Assembly (NCBI RefSeq): GCF_006345805.1
Contig: NC_042997.1
Span: 98,580,001 to 98,644,000, forward strand
Direction: 5' to 3'
From: Octopus sinensis
Lineage: Eukaryota
Length of the DNA stretch: 64,000 nucleotides
Under the pieces are notes generated by a model, which had not been told where the DNA came from, did no database searches, and worked only from the letters and a program-made list of their open reading frames with translations. Within the stretch, counting starts at the first letter, position 1, and each line of letters begins with the position of its first letter. Of the stretch, positions 36,398-48,729 are shown in pieces. The position numbers and the translations under genes are program-made.

Positions 36398-36433
<36 letters not shown>

Positions 36434-37609
36434 ACATTATCGATCGCAATAAACAGAGTATGTGTACTATTTACACGCCGACTTTGCTGTGGAAGAACGT
36501 CTAGGAATGCTCCCTACATCACTCTGATTGCTAAAGGTCACCTCAGTTATTTCTCTTAGATAAATTTTGCTTAATGCAAATTAATTAGGCCATAGACGCG
36601 TTCTACTCTTTTGGTATATGTCTAAGTCTATTGGCTGCTGGATGTAGCTAAAAACAATTGTTTTGGTAAAGAGGCCACTTGAGACAGAATCACTTGGTCG
36701 TGTTTCTCCTCTTTGTCCCTGACAATAAGCTTGTCCATTTCAATAATGACATGTTAAATTTGGTGAATACTTGATTCTTGAACCTATCAATCCTTCTCAT
36801 ATGGAGATAATCTCAATGGTGACACGCATTCTAGAGGTCCATATGATTTCAGATTAACAAGAATTTATGTTTTATGCTATTTGAAATACCGTTATTTGTT
36901 CATGTTATTTCTAGATATGTCACTCGTCACTTTGACTTATTTCCTTAGATCTTCACTTGTTCAATATATAAATGTGCGTTTTTTTTTGTGTGTGTAAGTA
37001 TTATATTGTTTTAAGCGGTGGGACACCATGCAGTGAAAACTATAAGCAATAGCATGTAGATTATGGGATGAAAATCTCTTTGCTTAGAAAAAACGTCGAA
37101 GGCTACCTAGGGTGAAGAGGTCTATTATATATACATATGTAGCTTCGTGAATAATACGCAGCCTTCTTTTTTTCCCATTCAAAGTTTGTTTTCTTTTTTT
37201 TTCAAACCAATATCGTTCATGCTATTATTTATACGTTCGAGTTACACCATTAAAGTAATATATTTCATATATCTCGATGTTTCTAAATTCTTACAATGTA
37301 AATTTCTTATAACACATATATTCATACATAACCGATGCATAACCGAATAAGACTTCGTGGAGATAACACGAAAGGTTTCACTCGTATCATAAGTCATTGT
37401 CCGAAAATGTCATCCCATTATTATCTACTGATGAGACACCATGCTAGAGCAAAGACACTCTACAATGAAAGAGAATACTGAGGCCAAAAACATAAGAACT
37501 CATTGTGTAGTGGAGACCACAAACACTCATAAAACGAAAGAATACTGAAGGAATGTTGGACCAAACTTCAATAAAATACAAAAATAAATAGCCCAAGGTC
37601 CCAATGCGT

Positions 37610-37698
37610 TGCATATTGAGCAAGTGTCTACTATAGCCTCGGGTCAACCAAAGCCATGTGAGTGGATTTGGTGGACGGAAACTGAAAGAAGCCCATCG

Positions 37699-37788
<90 letters not shown>

Positions 37789-38025
37789 TGTATGTATGTA
37801 TGTATATGTTTGTATGTCTTTTTTTGTCCCCCCAACATCGCTTGTCAACCGATACTGGTGTGTTTACGTCCATGTAACTTAGCGGTTAGGCAAGATAGAC
37901 CGATAGAATAAGTACTAGGCTTACAAAGAATAAGTCCTGAGGTCGATTTGTTCGACTAAAGGCGGTGCTCCAGCATGGCCGCAGTCAAATGACTGAAACA
38001 AATAAAAGAATAAAGGAATAAAAGA
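37610..38025 (+). mobile_element. SINE family B, head-truncated
   Basis: Colinear with the reverse complement of 31900-32230. Confidence 0.88.
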
Positions 38026-38601
38026 CCAGACATAGTCATTTGTGACTGAGAAAGGAAATTACGTTCAGAAATGGAAATATGTTGCTAGTAGATTCCAAAT
38101 ATAGCTGAGGCTAATCTATTGAAATATTTTCAGCGACTCTACCATTTTAACAAGTTCAGATTTATATCCCTAATATTTGGCTCTAGGATATGCAACAAAC
38201 AGCCTCAAAACCAATTTTGTGAAATTAATGCTCTCAAAAGCAGAAAGAAGAAAGCTAATTAGAAGAATACAGAAGAAAGACATGAATGGAATTATCAAAA
38301 TATGTAAGACTTTAACAAAAGTTTAGCATATGCAGAGGTCTAGACATACAACTATATGCATGTGAATACACACATAAAACAAACCATCCAAATCTGCATA
38401 TGCACTGACTCCAAATATTCTCCACATACGCACAAACATGCACAAACACCCTGCTAATTTTGCTTCAAATTCTAAAGAAGGAGCCTTAGATTTGGGATAG
38501 AAACTCTCCAATTAGAAGAATTCTAGAAATAAAGTTAAATAATAACACACATACACACACATATATACACACGCATATACATTATATATATACACACACA
38601 T

Positions 38602-38633
<32 letters not shown>

Positions 38634-38636
<3 letters not shown>

Positions 38637-38775
38637 TTTGTTTTGCAAGATTTTCGACGTGAAATCGTGTGTTAAAACAGATATTGTTGTATTTAGGAAT
38701 GGTCATTTTGCCAGCTTAGTCAATAAAAGAACTCTGGCCGAAATAAAATTAAGATTAATATAAAAATAAATAACA
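38634..38775. mobile_element. Family 1 pLTR remnant with an internal inversion junction
   Basis: 38634-38728 matches the minus-oriented pLTR. It is fused at AAA to GAACTCTGGCCGAAATAAAATTAAGATT, the plus-oriented pLTR. Confidence 0.8.
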
Positions 38776-38959
38776 TGTATGTGTTTATGAGAGTGCAAAT
38801 ATCATAAATCTGCATTTAATAGAATACACTGTAATCAGATTTACAGTACTATTTCATCCATTAACTCACATTAGTAAATTTACGTTTGATGAAGTTGTTT
38901 TTCATATTTATTAAATGAGAAATCAATATTACCTTGAAAATATGCGTATGTAGTATATA

Positions 38960-38996
<37 letters not shown>

Positions 38997-39439
38997 TATA
39001 TATATATATATATATAGTGATATGTTTCTGTCTTTACAACAGTCCGTTGGAGAATCACTGAATAGCGTTGTTTGGTATATGGATGTACATGTAGTGCATA
39101 TCAATTAAATCTATTATGCTAGTGTCAGAGATCAATTGGTAAGATGACAAAACTTCAAATATAAGTAAAAATAGAAACAGTATTTTGCAGCTGATTTTTG
39201 AAAAACGTTAAACGTAGTAATTATAGCTTATTAAATAGGATGGTAAGTCACATACGTACGACAGTGAGTTGGAAAACTTCGATAAACTGAGACTATCACT
39301 ATTCAGTATACTGCATACTCATAAGAGAGAAGGAAATATATATATATATATATATATATAAAACTAGTACATGTGTATAGTAAAGCTATATAAAGCTGGA
39401 ACTTTCATGCCTTACGCTATCAACAGATTTATGCAGTGT

Positions 39440-39616
39440 CAGTCGTGTTCCACAATTTGCAACTGTAGGGAAATGGTTGGATTTAGCCTTCGAATAAAAC
39501 CTCTGATGGCTTCTTAAGTGTATTCTGCATACTGAATGTTGATAATTTCAGTTTATTACATATGTGACATACCATCCAGCCATTTCACTACATTTGTCAA
39601 TTGTGGAACACGACTG
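39440..39616. repeat. Small inverted-repeat element (MITE-like)
   Basis: 43-nt arms 39440-39482 and 39574-39616 match at 38 of 43 positions; the outer 18 nt are perfect. Confidence 0.7.
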
Positions 39617-40149
39617 TTACTACACAAAAAAGGATGATTGTGTAACGCATGAAAGAACTAGTTTATTTCAATATTGTAAAATTATAAAATTGGGAAAATT
39701 GCAAATAATAAACGTGAAGATCAGAAGATTAAGTACCAATAAGCTATGTGAACGAGTAAACGTATTATATACACAAATCTTGATCTGTGAATGGAAAAAA
39801 ATAGCAAACCCTTTAATTAAAACGAAAACATATTTCATTTATTTATAAGTAGGTATTAACTGTAATAGGCTTATCTTACATAAATTTCCTCATATGCATA
39901 AACAAATTCTTGTTAGTGCATTCCCTGTTAATTTTGTAATTCATACTTTTGTACACATATCCATGAGATGGAAGTATATGTTTATTATACTTCTTTACTT
40001 TTAGTTATGAAATATTGTAAAGGTGTTACAAGTCAATGGATACAGACAGACACACACACACACACACGCACACAAACACTCACACTTACACACACACATA
40101 TACATACACACACACACATATATATATACACACACATATATATATATAT

Positions 40150-40207
40150 ATATAGATAGATAGATATATAGATAGATAGATAGATAGATAAATAGATAGA
40201 GAGATAA

Positions 40208-40283
<76 letters not shown>
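40150..40283. repeat. (GATA)n microsatellite
   Basis: Seen directly. Confidence 0.95.
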
Positions 40284-40284
<1 letters not shown>

Positions 40285-41739
40285 TAAAAGTAAAAAGAGA
40301 AAAGAAAACTGAGACATATTTTGAATAGGAAGCTTTATAAAGTATCCCCTAACTTCTACGAATGTAGATTCAATAATAATTGTTAAATAATCGATGTTGT
40401 TCATTTACTTCTATTTACACATTTTCGAAGTACAAATTTTATTTTAAATTCAGTTTTGCTCATAAAGCAAAATCTGAATCTATGGAAACTGTAGGAAAGT
40501 GCCCTCTATCACACATACCTTAAACATACGCCGTTCACTAATGTAACTATTACCAAACTGCTTAGAACCTTTTTACTACACTTCTACCGTATTTGTATAA
40601 AACTATCTTCTAACTGTACTTTAGTTAGTTGCGACGATATATTTGCTAGCAACATTACTAGGAAATCGATAAGCTATATGCTTTCTTTCATCACTATTAA
40701 TGACAAAATATGTATTGTCTAATGCAGCATTTCTGTCTATTTCATTATAAATTATTTGGACAGATTTCTATACGCTTAATTAAAAAAATTGTATCTTCCC
40801 GATGTTTCCGTTTCAAAGAGTATCGCACCTCGATCAGTAATTAGTCGACTTAAAAGCTATCGCTCACCAAAAATAGATGTGTGAAACTATTTACTGTGAA
40901 TGGTAATTTAAAAGTTCAATGCATAAAGATTGGAGGTTTCAATAAATGTTTTATTTACTGATTATGGATTTTCTATCAGAAGATTCACTGGTAGAAAATG
41001 ACACGTGTACTATACATGTTTTATCATTATTTCATTATTTAAGTTTATTTATCACTTATAACTTTTATATAATTATTTTAGCAACATTTAGCTTATTCTA
41101 GACCCATTTTAAACACTGAGCTATTAAAGCTACAGATGCTATTTAAATTGTCAGTTTATTCATTTAGATCTTTGGTATTTGTGTCTACTCGCTTTCCTCT
41201 CCCTCCATCCCTCCTTTTCTCTTCGAATCGCATTTATGTTTTGAAGAATAACCATTGTAATGCGCATTTAACTTACATTGTTGTTACTTGTCTTATATAG
41301 GAATTTAGTTTTAAGTTTATAGTCAAGATCAAAATCATTTTGATATTTAACCACCGAAGATTCTACTTGTTTCCTAAAATAAGTTTCGAAAATCTACCCT
41401 GCATACTGGAGGCCGAAGTTTCACTTTCAAAGGCATATACTAACCCCAGATCAAAATTATCTATGCTAGACAATAATCTGAAACCCTGTATATGACACAG
41501 ACAGTGACGTGTATAAATTATACTTTGTTAAAGTAGTAAAAAATCAAAGGCATCATAAAAATAATCAAAGGTATCATAAAAGTTTCTTTCAAATATGCGC
41601 AATCACAAAAATTCATCCCTGTATGAGCAGTGTATGTTAGATGAGGCAACTGACGAACGAAAGAAGTAAGACTGTGGTATGTTGAAAGAGTTTATCAGCA
41701 AATATTAATAACAATACTATCGTAATCACTTACTCCCTC

Positions 41740-43581
41740 TCTGTGATGAAACGTGTTGTGTTCAGACAGCATTCATGGGCTTCCTCTTTGATCCCTGAAA
41801 ACCATGGTCTTAACCAGTTTAAACCTGCACCTGCTGACCTTAGGAGTGCTCCGCGACTTCAGAAGATTTTACTTCAAATTTTTAGCACAACCGTTATTGT
41901 GGTAGGTAACTGCAAGCATATTCGGCTACAAGCTACAGGCGATTGAATATGCCAAACAGCATGGCAACAGGGCTGCAGAGAGGCATTTTGGAGAACCGCC
42001 AACTTAGAAAAGGATCCTTTTAAGGAATTTACCAAAGAGTGGAATCAGTGGATGAGAGTCAAGGATGATGACCTAACACCAACAGGTCGTTTGAAAAGGA
42101 CAACAATTGTTGAAGTATGCGAGTGGGTTTCTGAAATCATGTAACGCTGTGAAAATTGACGTAGTAGTTGAATCTTGCAAATAATGAGGCATCTGTAATG
42201 CATTAGATGGCTCAGAAGATGACATTCTGTTTGAAGATAGTGCATTTCAGACAATATTGACGATCCTGATGATTTTTTCTGGTTTTGAGACTATGGATGA
42301 CTGCATTTAGTTTTCAGGATTTGAAAAGTGAAATATTTTCCTTATACTCGTATGTTTGATATTGACACACTTTTTAATCAGTTTCCATTGATATTAAATT
42401 GCAACGTTTGTTTTGTCATGTCCGTGTGAAATTTTTACAATGGTAATAACATGAAATATTTTAATGATTTGAAGATGAAAATATGTTTTCTTATTTGCAA
42501 TATTTCACCTGCGAAGATTTTAATCTGTTGTTTTTTTGTTCTATTTGGGATGTCATGTTTTGTGTGGTACTTGTATAAATGGTAGCAATAAGCAAAATAT
42601 AATCAGGATTTTATGATTGATGTTTTTTTATTGAGTAGATTTTACTGTAACCTTTCTATTTGTGCTGTCATGTTCATGTGGTAATGTTACAAAATGTAAC
42701 TGCGCAATAAAATGTTATTCTGTATTTCTCACAATAATTTTCCTGTTGTGGAGTTTAGTTTTTCCTTTGTCTGGGACAAAGAAAATACTGTATAAGTCTA
42801 CATCCAATACTACCAAAATCTTAAAATACTGCACCAGCTGTAGCCCCGTTCACTTCTATGAACTGAAACTATTGGCAAGATCCCTACTGACGGAACACAT
42901 GAAGTAAAAAGTCACCGTTGGATCGAACAGTGAATAGTCGAACTGGATCCAGAAATTTCTGGTGTCGGTGGATCTGAGGTCTTATTCATTGCAAATGAAC
43001 AATGAACTGACAGTGCAACATGGTCAGAGATACTGAAAAATTTAATTATACTGAACCCTTCAATGGTTGCTTGTTGCTGGTACAAAGATGTTTTCCATCA
43101 TACATATATAACAAAGCAGTCAAAATTTGAAAGGTTTCTTGGTTGGTGGGGGCATCCCCTTGAATCCATCCCTGTCGTTGTGTAGTTGCAGTATCACAGT
43201 GGGTACATAACGGTAGGCGTAAACTTTGAGAGTAAATTTATAATACCATGTCTCTTTACTGACGATCCCACAAAACAAATTGGTAAGGTGGTTGAGTGCT
43301 GCATTTTACAGATGCGAGTGCGGGGTCACAACCGAAGACAGCAACGGCTAGCCAATGTAAAGAATAGCACAAATAAGTGTTACACGAATAGCCAAAATAA
43401 ACGCTAGGAGCATTTTGAGGTTACAATGATGTTTTTTTCATGGCATCTGTAAAGGGATCAAGACCCGAAGTACAGGAACCTTATTTTTATGTTTATTATT
43501 TTTGTTTTTTCAAATTTTTGGTTGTCAAAATAAGGGTGCGGTCTCGAGGTCGAAGCGTCTTCGACGCTGGGAAATACGGTA
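41740..43581 (+). mobile_element. pogo/Tigger-like (POGK-type) non-autonomous transposon
   Basis: Peptides KLQAIEYAKQHGNRAAERHFGEPPT (Brinker-like DBD) and PFKEFTKEWNQWM...LTPTGRLKR..IVEVCEWV...ALDGSEDDILF. Right TIR ...GCGTCTTCGACGCTGGGAAATACGG plus TA at 43580-43581. Left TIR not found. Confidence 0.78.
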
Positions 43582-44089
43582 TTTTCCAGAACAAAAAAAT
43601 AGTAACATAATAATGTAAAAGTTTTACAACGAGTTACTAGGTTAAATTGGAAACACAACACATATAATATAGCATCTGTACGTGAGTGTGAGTGCGTATG
43701 TATAACTTGAAAGTGCTGCGAATAACTTGTAACCTAGAGCAATCTATTGCAGGACGGTGGTGCCTAAATTGGCAAACTTGGAGCGTTTTTTCGGTGAGGT
43801 GAAGGGTAATTTTGGGAAATCTGCAAGATGAAGAATGACTTATCAAATTGCAGATGAACTCAGGGAAGCCAGTGGCTAAATTTATCTCTGCATATTGATA
43901 ATATCAATGTTAACGAGAAAATGAAGTTTCCATAAGATGTGTTAATCAATATCTGTCGAAATCGTGCCACATTTAAACACGCCTATTTCCACAAGCACTT
44001 GATTCCACAAGATTGTCGGATAACAATGCGTAACAGAACCAAAATAACAAGACAACTGAATAGTAAAACAAAATCTGTCAACAGAGGAA

Positions 44090-46200
44090 ATGTCTTTAAA
44101 AAATGGAAATAAAGAATATAGAACTGAACCTAAAATATCTTACGGAAAACAAATTTCGCTAAAGGCATACCGAGCAGAGGAGAATATTAAGTCTAATCCC
44201 AAGTTCTGTTTCCACTTTGCTGAAGAAATATCTCTACGGATTGGAACCGTCATAGACCAAAATGGATCATATATTAATGATTTGTCATAAGTATACACAT
44301 TCCACTTTTGTGTCAACAATATAACTGCATTTTCCCAAAAATAGATTCCCTATAATTAACGAAATAGTATATCATCCAGGTGAATTCTTTTGATCCCAAT
44401 AATTCAACTGCAGAGAGACATCTAGAAATTAATTACCTCATGGAAAATGGTATACATGCAGCGAAAATAACCTAGATTGAAACTCAGTATCTGGACCAGA
44501 TGGTCTCCTTGCAATATTGTTAAAAACGTGCAAAACCAGTATGGCCAAACCATTGAAGATGTTATTTCAAAAGTCGCTATATACCGACATCTCACCAGAA
44601 CAAGTGAACAAATGAAAGGCACAAGAGTAAAACCTATACATAAGGGAAATAGCATAGCCTAAGCGAAAAATTACAAACCAATTTCTCTTATATCTCACAC
44701 TTCTAAAATTGTCAAGCGCATTGTTTGAGGAAACCAAATTCTTAGATGGTACACATGGTTTACAGACTAGACGAAGTCGCCTGTCACAATTATTACAGCA
44801 CCATAACGCGGTCATCAATTATCTCTGGAGAGGAATGAACACTGACTACATACACCTTGATTTTACTATTATAGGATAAGGGATCTTGGTATCTCAGGCA
44901 AGCGCGTAGAATGGCTCATTGACGTTTTACAATGTGGGAATCAATCTGTTGCTGCAAACTGTTTTATCTCTGTAAAGTTTCCTATAATAAGTGGTATATC
45001 TCAAAGCATGGTTCTACAACCATTATGAGTTATCATCACTCTGTCAGGTCAGGTATAACTTCACAATTCACCTCGGCCAACATAACGGGTTACGCCATTC
45101 AAATTCCAGAAGATACTGTCACACTCCAAGATGAGTTGACCCTCATTTATCAATGGGCAGATAGAAACGATATGGAATTTAATGTATCCAAATCTCAAAC
45201 TCTTCCTTACAGGGGGATACACATACACACAAATCATATTATATTGCACCAGATAATGATTCAGAGAGATAATGATAAAAGGACTTAGGAGTAATTGTGT
45301 CAAATTACTTATATTTCATTAGTCATGTTACAAAAGGGACCAATAAATGCAGACATCTCAATGCATGTATCGTATGAAAAGTTGTGACAAGAAAACCAAA
45401 TCACATGAACATTCGTGACAAGAGAACCAGATCATATGATAATAGAACTGGTAGTTATGCTACTAACTATACGGAAAGCCTTAGTTCAGAACAAATTAGA
45501 TTACTGCTCGCAGGTTTGTCTTCCAACTCATGCAGTTTGATAGGACAGTGAATCTGCAACCGGCATGCCACTGCAAACTCGTGTGCTAGGAGACAATGGT
45601 AGGTATGCCTCAGTGTAACTTGAATATATTTTCTCCCTGTACTTTTAGTTATAATTTTAGCTCAGGTATGCAGCCGAAGTTAGAAAAGAATATAAGTATA
45701 CCTCAAGTAAAAAGTGTTCGCGGGGCACTGTCATAGAAGACATTGAATGGCTACGAAGAACGTTCACCAATAAATTAATTCAGTTATAAGCCTTAATTAC
45801 TGGAAACGCCTGAAAACTCTACGTTTCTACTGTCTTCAACACCAAAGAGAGAAATATATATACTATTATATACGCGTGGAAAATCTTGGAGGGATATATC
45901 ACAAACTTCGGCATTAGAGAAAATTTTAATGCACGAGCTGGTAGATACTATCAGCTTCCAACACTATTATTTACCTGTGTGATTTAGAGGTCCTCAATTG
46001 TTTAACTACTAACCTAGAGAAATCAGAAATGTAAAAGAATCCTTAATTAAAACATTAAAAAGGACGTTGGATAAACTGATATCGACGATACCAGTAGAAT
46101 CGAGCATTCAAGGATTCTACAGATTCAATCGTAGATTTCTTGCCATTAAGCGATGACAATGCTGAAAGAAAAGAAAATAAGGCATTATTTCAGCATAGCG
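44090..46200 (+). mobile_element. Highly degenerate CR1/Jockey-like LINE RT region
   Basis: Frameshifted motifs IKSNPKF, SGPDG, KPIHKG...KNYKPISL, HGLQTRRSRLSQLLQH, LDFT, FRGPQLFN. Confidence 0.75.
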
Positions 46201-47093
46201 GCTGTCTTACAACTAAAATAATTAAAATATCTTTTTAATAGATTATTTTTAGTGGTGTTTCCAGTTTTTCAAAGAAAGCATAAAAGAAACACAAGACCAT
46301 CCTCACTGATTCGAATGTGAAATGTTTTATAACCTGTACACAAAAACACAAACACACACACACATACACTCACAAACAAATACACCACACACGCGACCCC
46401 CTTACTGGTCAAAGGGGATATGCATTCCCTTGTTGTACATCCATTAATGTCATATTGCCTGAAGAAATGTATTCACGAAGATGATTAACCCGACGCCCAC
46501 GGACACTGACCGTGATCTTAAGAGACATGTGATATGTGGAAACAAGCGCAGTATTTGTGTGTGTGTGCTTGACTGTGAAGGCGTTTTGTTCAGGGCAACA
46601 TTAGTTTACCCCAGAAACCAGCTCGACTGCATCACGCGAAAGCTAGACAATGTGAGAAAGGATATTGTGACCTATTCTGTATGTCGATATCCTATAGCCT
46701 GTTGCATGCAGTGACACACATAGATAGATACATACATACAAAACAATCATACATACATATATACATACATATCTATTAACTACTCAAATTGCTTTAGCGT
46801 CGTATTATTTCCTATAAAATGTTATTTAAAGAATCGTGTGGTAATTTAATTGATTTTAATGCGGGCAAACAAACTATGTAAGTTCTTACACTTATTTCTG
46901 TTTCATTAATGCCAACGTAGTGATCTACAGAAAAAAAAAATTATATCAACAGTTTCTCTAAATTAATTAGATTTCAGAACAGAAATATCCAATTAAACAA
47001 ACAAAATAACTTTTTTTTATAAATTTAATTATTGTAATAATATGAATAACTCATACTTTTTGGTATGAAACGCGGGACACGCACACACACACA

Positions 47094-47096
<3 letters not shown>

Positions 47097-47175
<79 letters not shown>

Positions 47176-47272
47176 ATGTATGTATGTATGTATCTATCTA
47201 TCTCACTATCTCTCTATCTCTCACACATACTCTCTTTCTCTCTCTCTTTCTGCAGCTTACTATATACATACA

Positions 47273-47308
<36 letters not shown>

Positions 47309-47400
47309 TGTGTGTGTGTGTTTGTATGTATATATGTACGTATGTGTGTATATGTGTATGAATGTATGAATGTATGTATGTATATATGTATGTATACAAG
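47097..47400. repeat. (CT)n, (TACA)n and (TG)n compound microsatellite
   Basis: Seen directly. Confidence 0.95.
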
Positions 47401-47645
47401 TATTGTCTCAGTAACGACCATAGTCATACTGAAATTATTTGGATGGTTTGGTTTGTTTATATTCTATTAAATTGTTTATATTCTATTATATTAGATCTAC
47501 TAAATTATAATTGATCAAATTTCGTTATCATATTTTATTTAGATTTGGAATGTATGACGAGTTATATTATATCATTTCTGTGTATTCTTACGTTTTCTAG
47601 TTGAATGAATACACACAAACGCACATACATATATATATACAAACA

Positions 47646-47683
<38 letters not shown>

Positions 47684-48059
47684 TAATATTCAGATGAATT
47701 AGATACTTAAATTGAGGCACCTTCCTAGTTCGGTATAATCTGCACACCCCAACAATATTATTTGAATATTGAATATCAATACTCCGTGTAGGGGTATTTG
47801 TACCCAATACTCCTGTCGTGTGTATATACAACGGAACCCAGCTAAGTGAAGATGTCTGGTCTTGATAATTCAGACATGTACTTTTTATGAAGGTACTTTC
47901 TATAGTATTTCCGAAGTGCAGTTTCCAAGTTAGGTGAACAAAATATAAGTAACAAAGATGCTCAGGTGTACATCTTTGTCACTTTATATTATATTATATA
48001 TATATATATATATAAAGGAATACAAAAATGGGACAAGAAAGCAAAACATCCAGGCAGAT

Positions 48060-48305
48060 ACATTATTTTCATTATTTACATTCGACGGATATTTTTCCTC
48101 ATATTGTTTGTTGTTAACACAACATTTCGGCTGATATACCCTCCAGCCTTCTTCGGGTGTCTCGGGAAAATTTCGAACCTGGGTTCTCATTCCTATGATA
48201 TTTTTCGATGTTATTATTATTGTTATTGTTCAGGCCACTGCTTGGAATCGAACTCGGAATCTTGCGATTAGTAGCCGGCGCTCTTAACCACTACGCCATA
48301 TGCTC
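48060..48305 (-). mobile_element. tRNA-headed SINE whose body contains a Penelope-type hammerhead motif
   Basis: Head 48233-48305 has A-box TGGCGTAGTGG and B-box GTTCGATTCC. Hammerhead at 48117-48160: ACAC-CCGAAGA-A-GGCTG-GAGGGTATAT-CAGCC-GAAA-TGT-T-GTGT. Confidence 0.78.
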
Positions 48306-48729
48306 ACGAGCATATGTTTTTGATGCTTAATGATGTACCAATATCATGATCAAAGGTATTCTAAATGGGACCTCCTATATTCTTTTGCAATTTGTTGTTT
48401 CTCAAGGACTATATTTTTCAGTTGAGTACTCGTCTTTATGCTTACACGTCGGTTCGTTCTAAATTCTGGTGATCTGAGTTTTATGAAATGGAAAAAATGC
48501 GCGCAAACAAACTAGAGATAAAATAACATGGGAAATAATTGCAACAAAATAGAGTATTAAAGCAGAATAAAAATAAACAGTGAAAAGAAAATAGTTAAAT
48601 CAGTATTAAGATAATTAATGTTGAGAAAATATTGAAAATCTAGTTAGAAATGTTTATAGCAAAGGAAATACAAAAGAAAACCATTAAATGAGTGAAAGAT
48701 ATTCATCATTTCTTCAAGTACTGGAAGAG

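Noticed and set aside
37427-37440. CTGATGAG as a possible hammerhead core
   Set aside because: No stem II, GAAA or stem I in the required positions.
40585-40595. TACCGTATTT as the left pogo TIR
   Set aside because: Only a 10-nt match; the following sequence does not match the right TIR.
48233-48305. Functional tRNA gene
   Set aside because: Acceptor and anticodon stems pair poorly and it runs into a repeat body. The same applies to the heads at 3170-3241 and 63020-63090, which are SINE heads.
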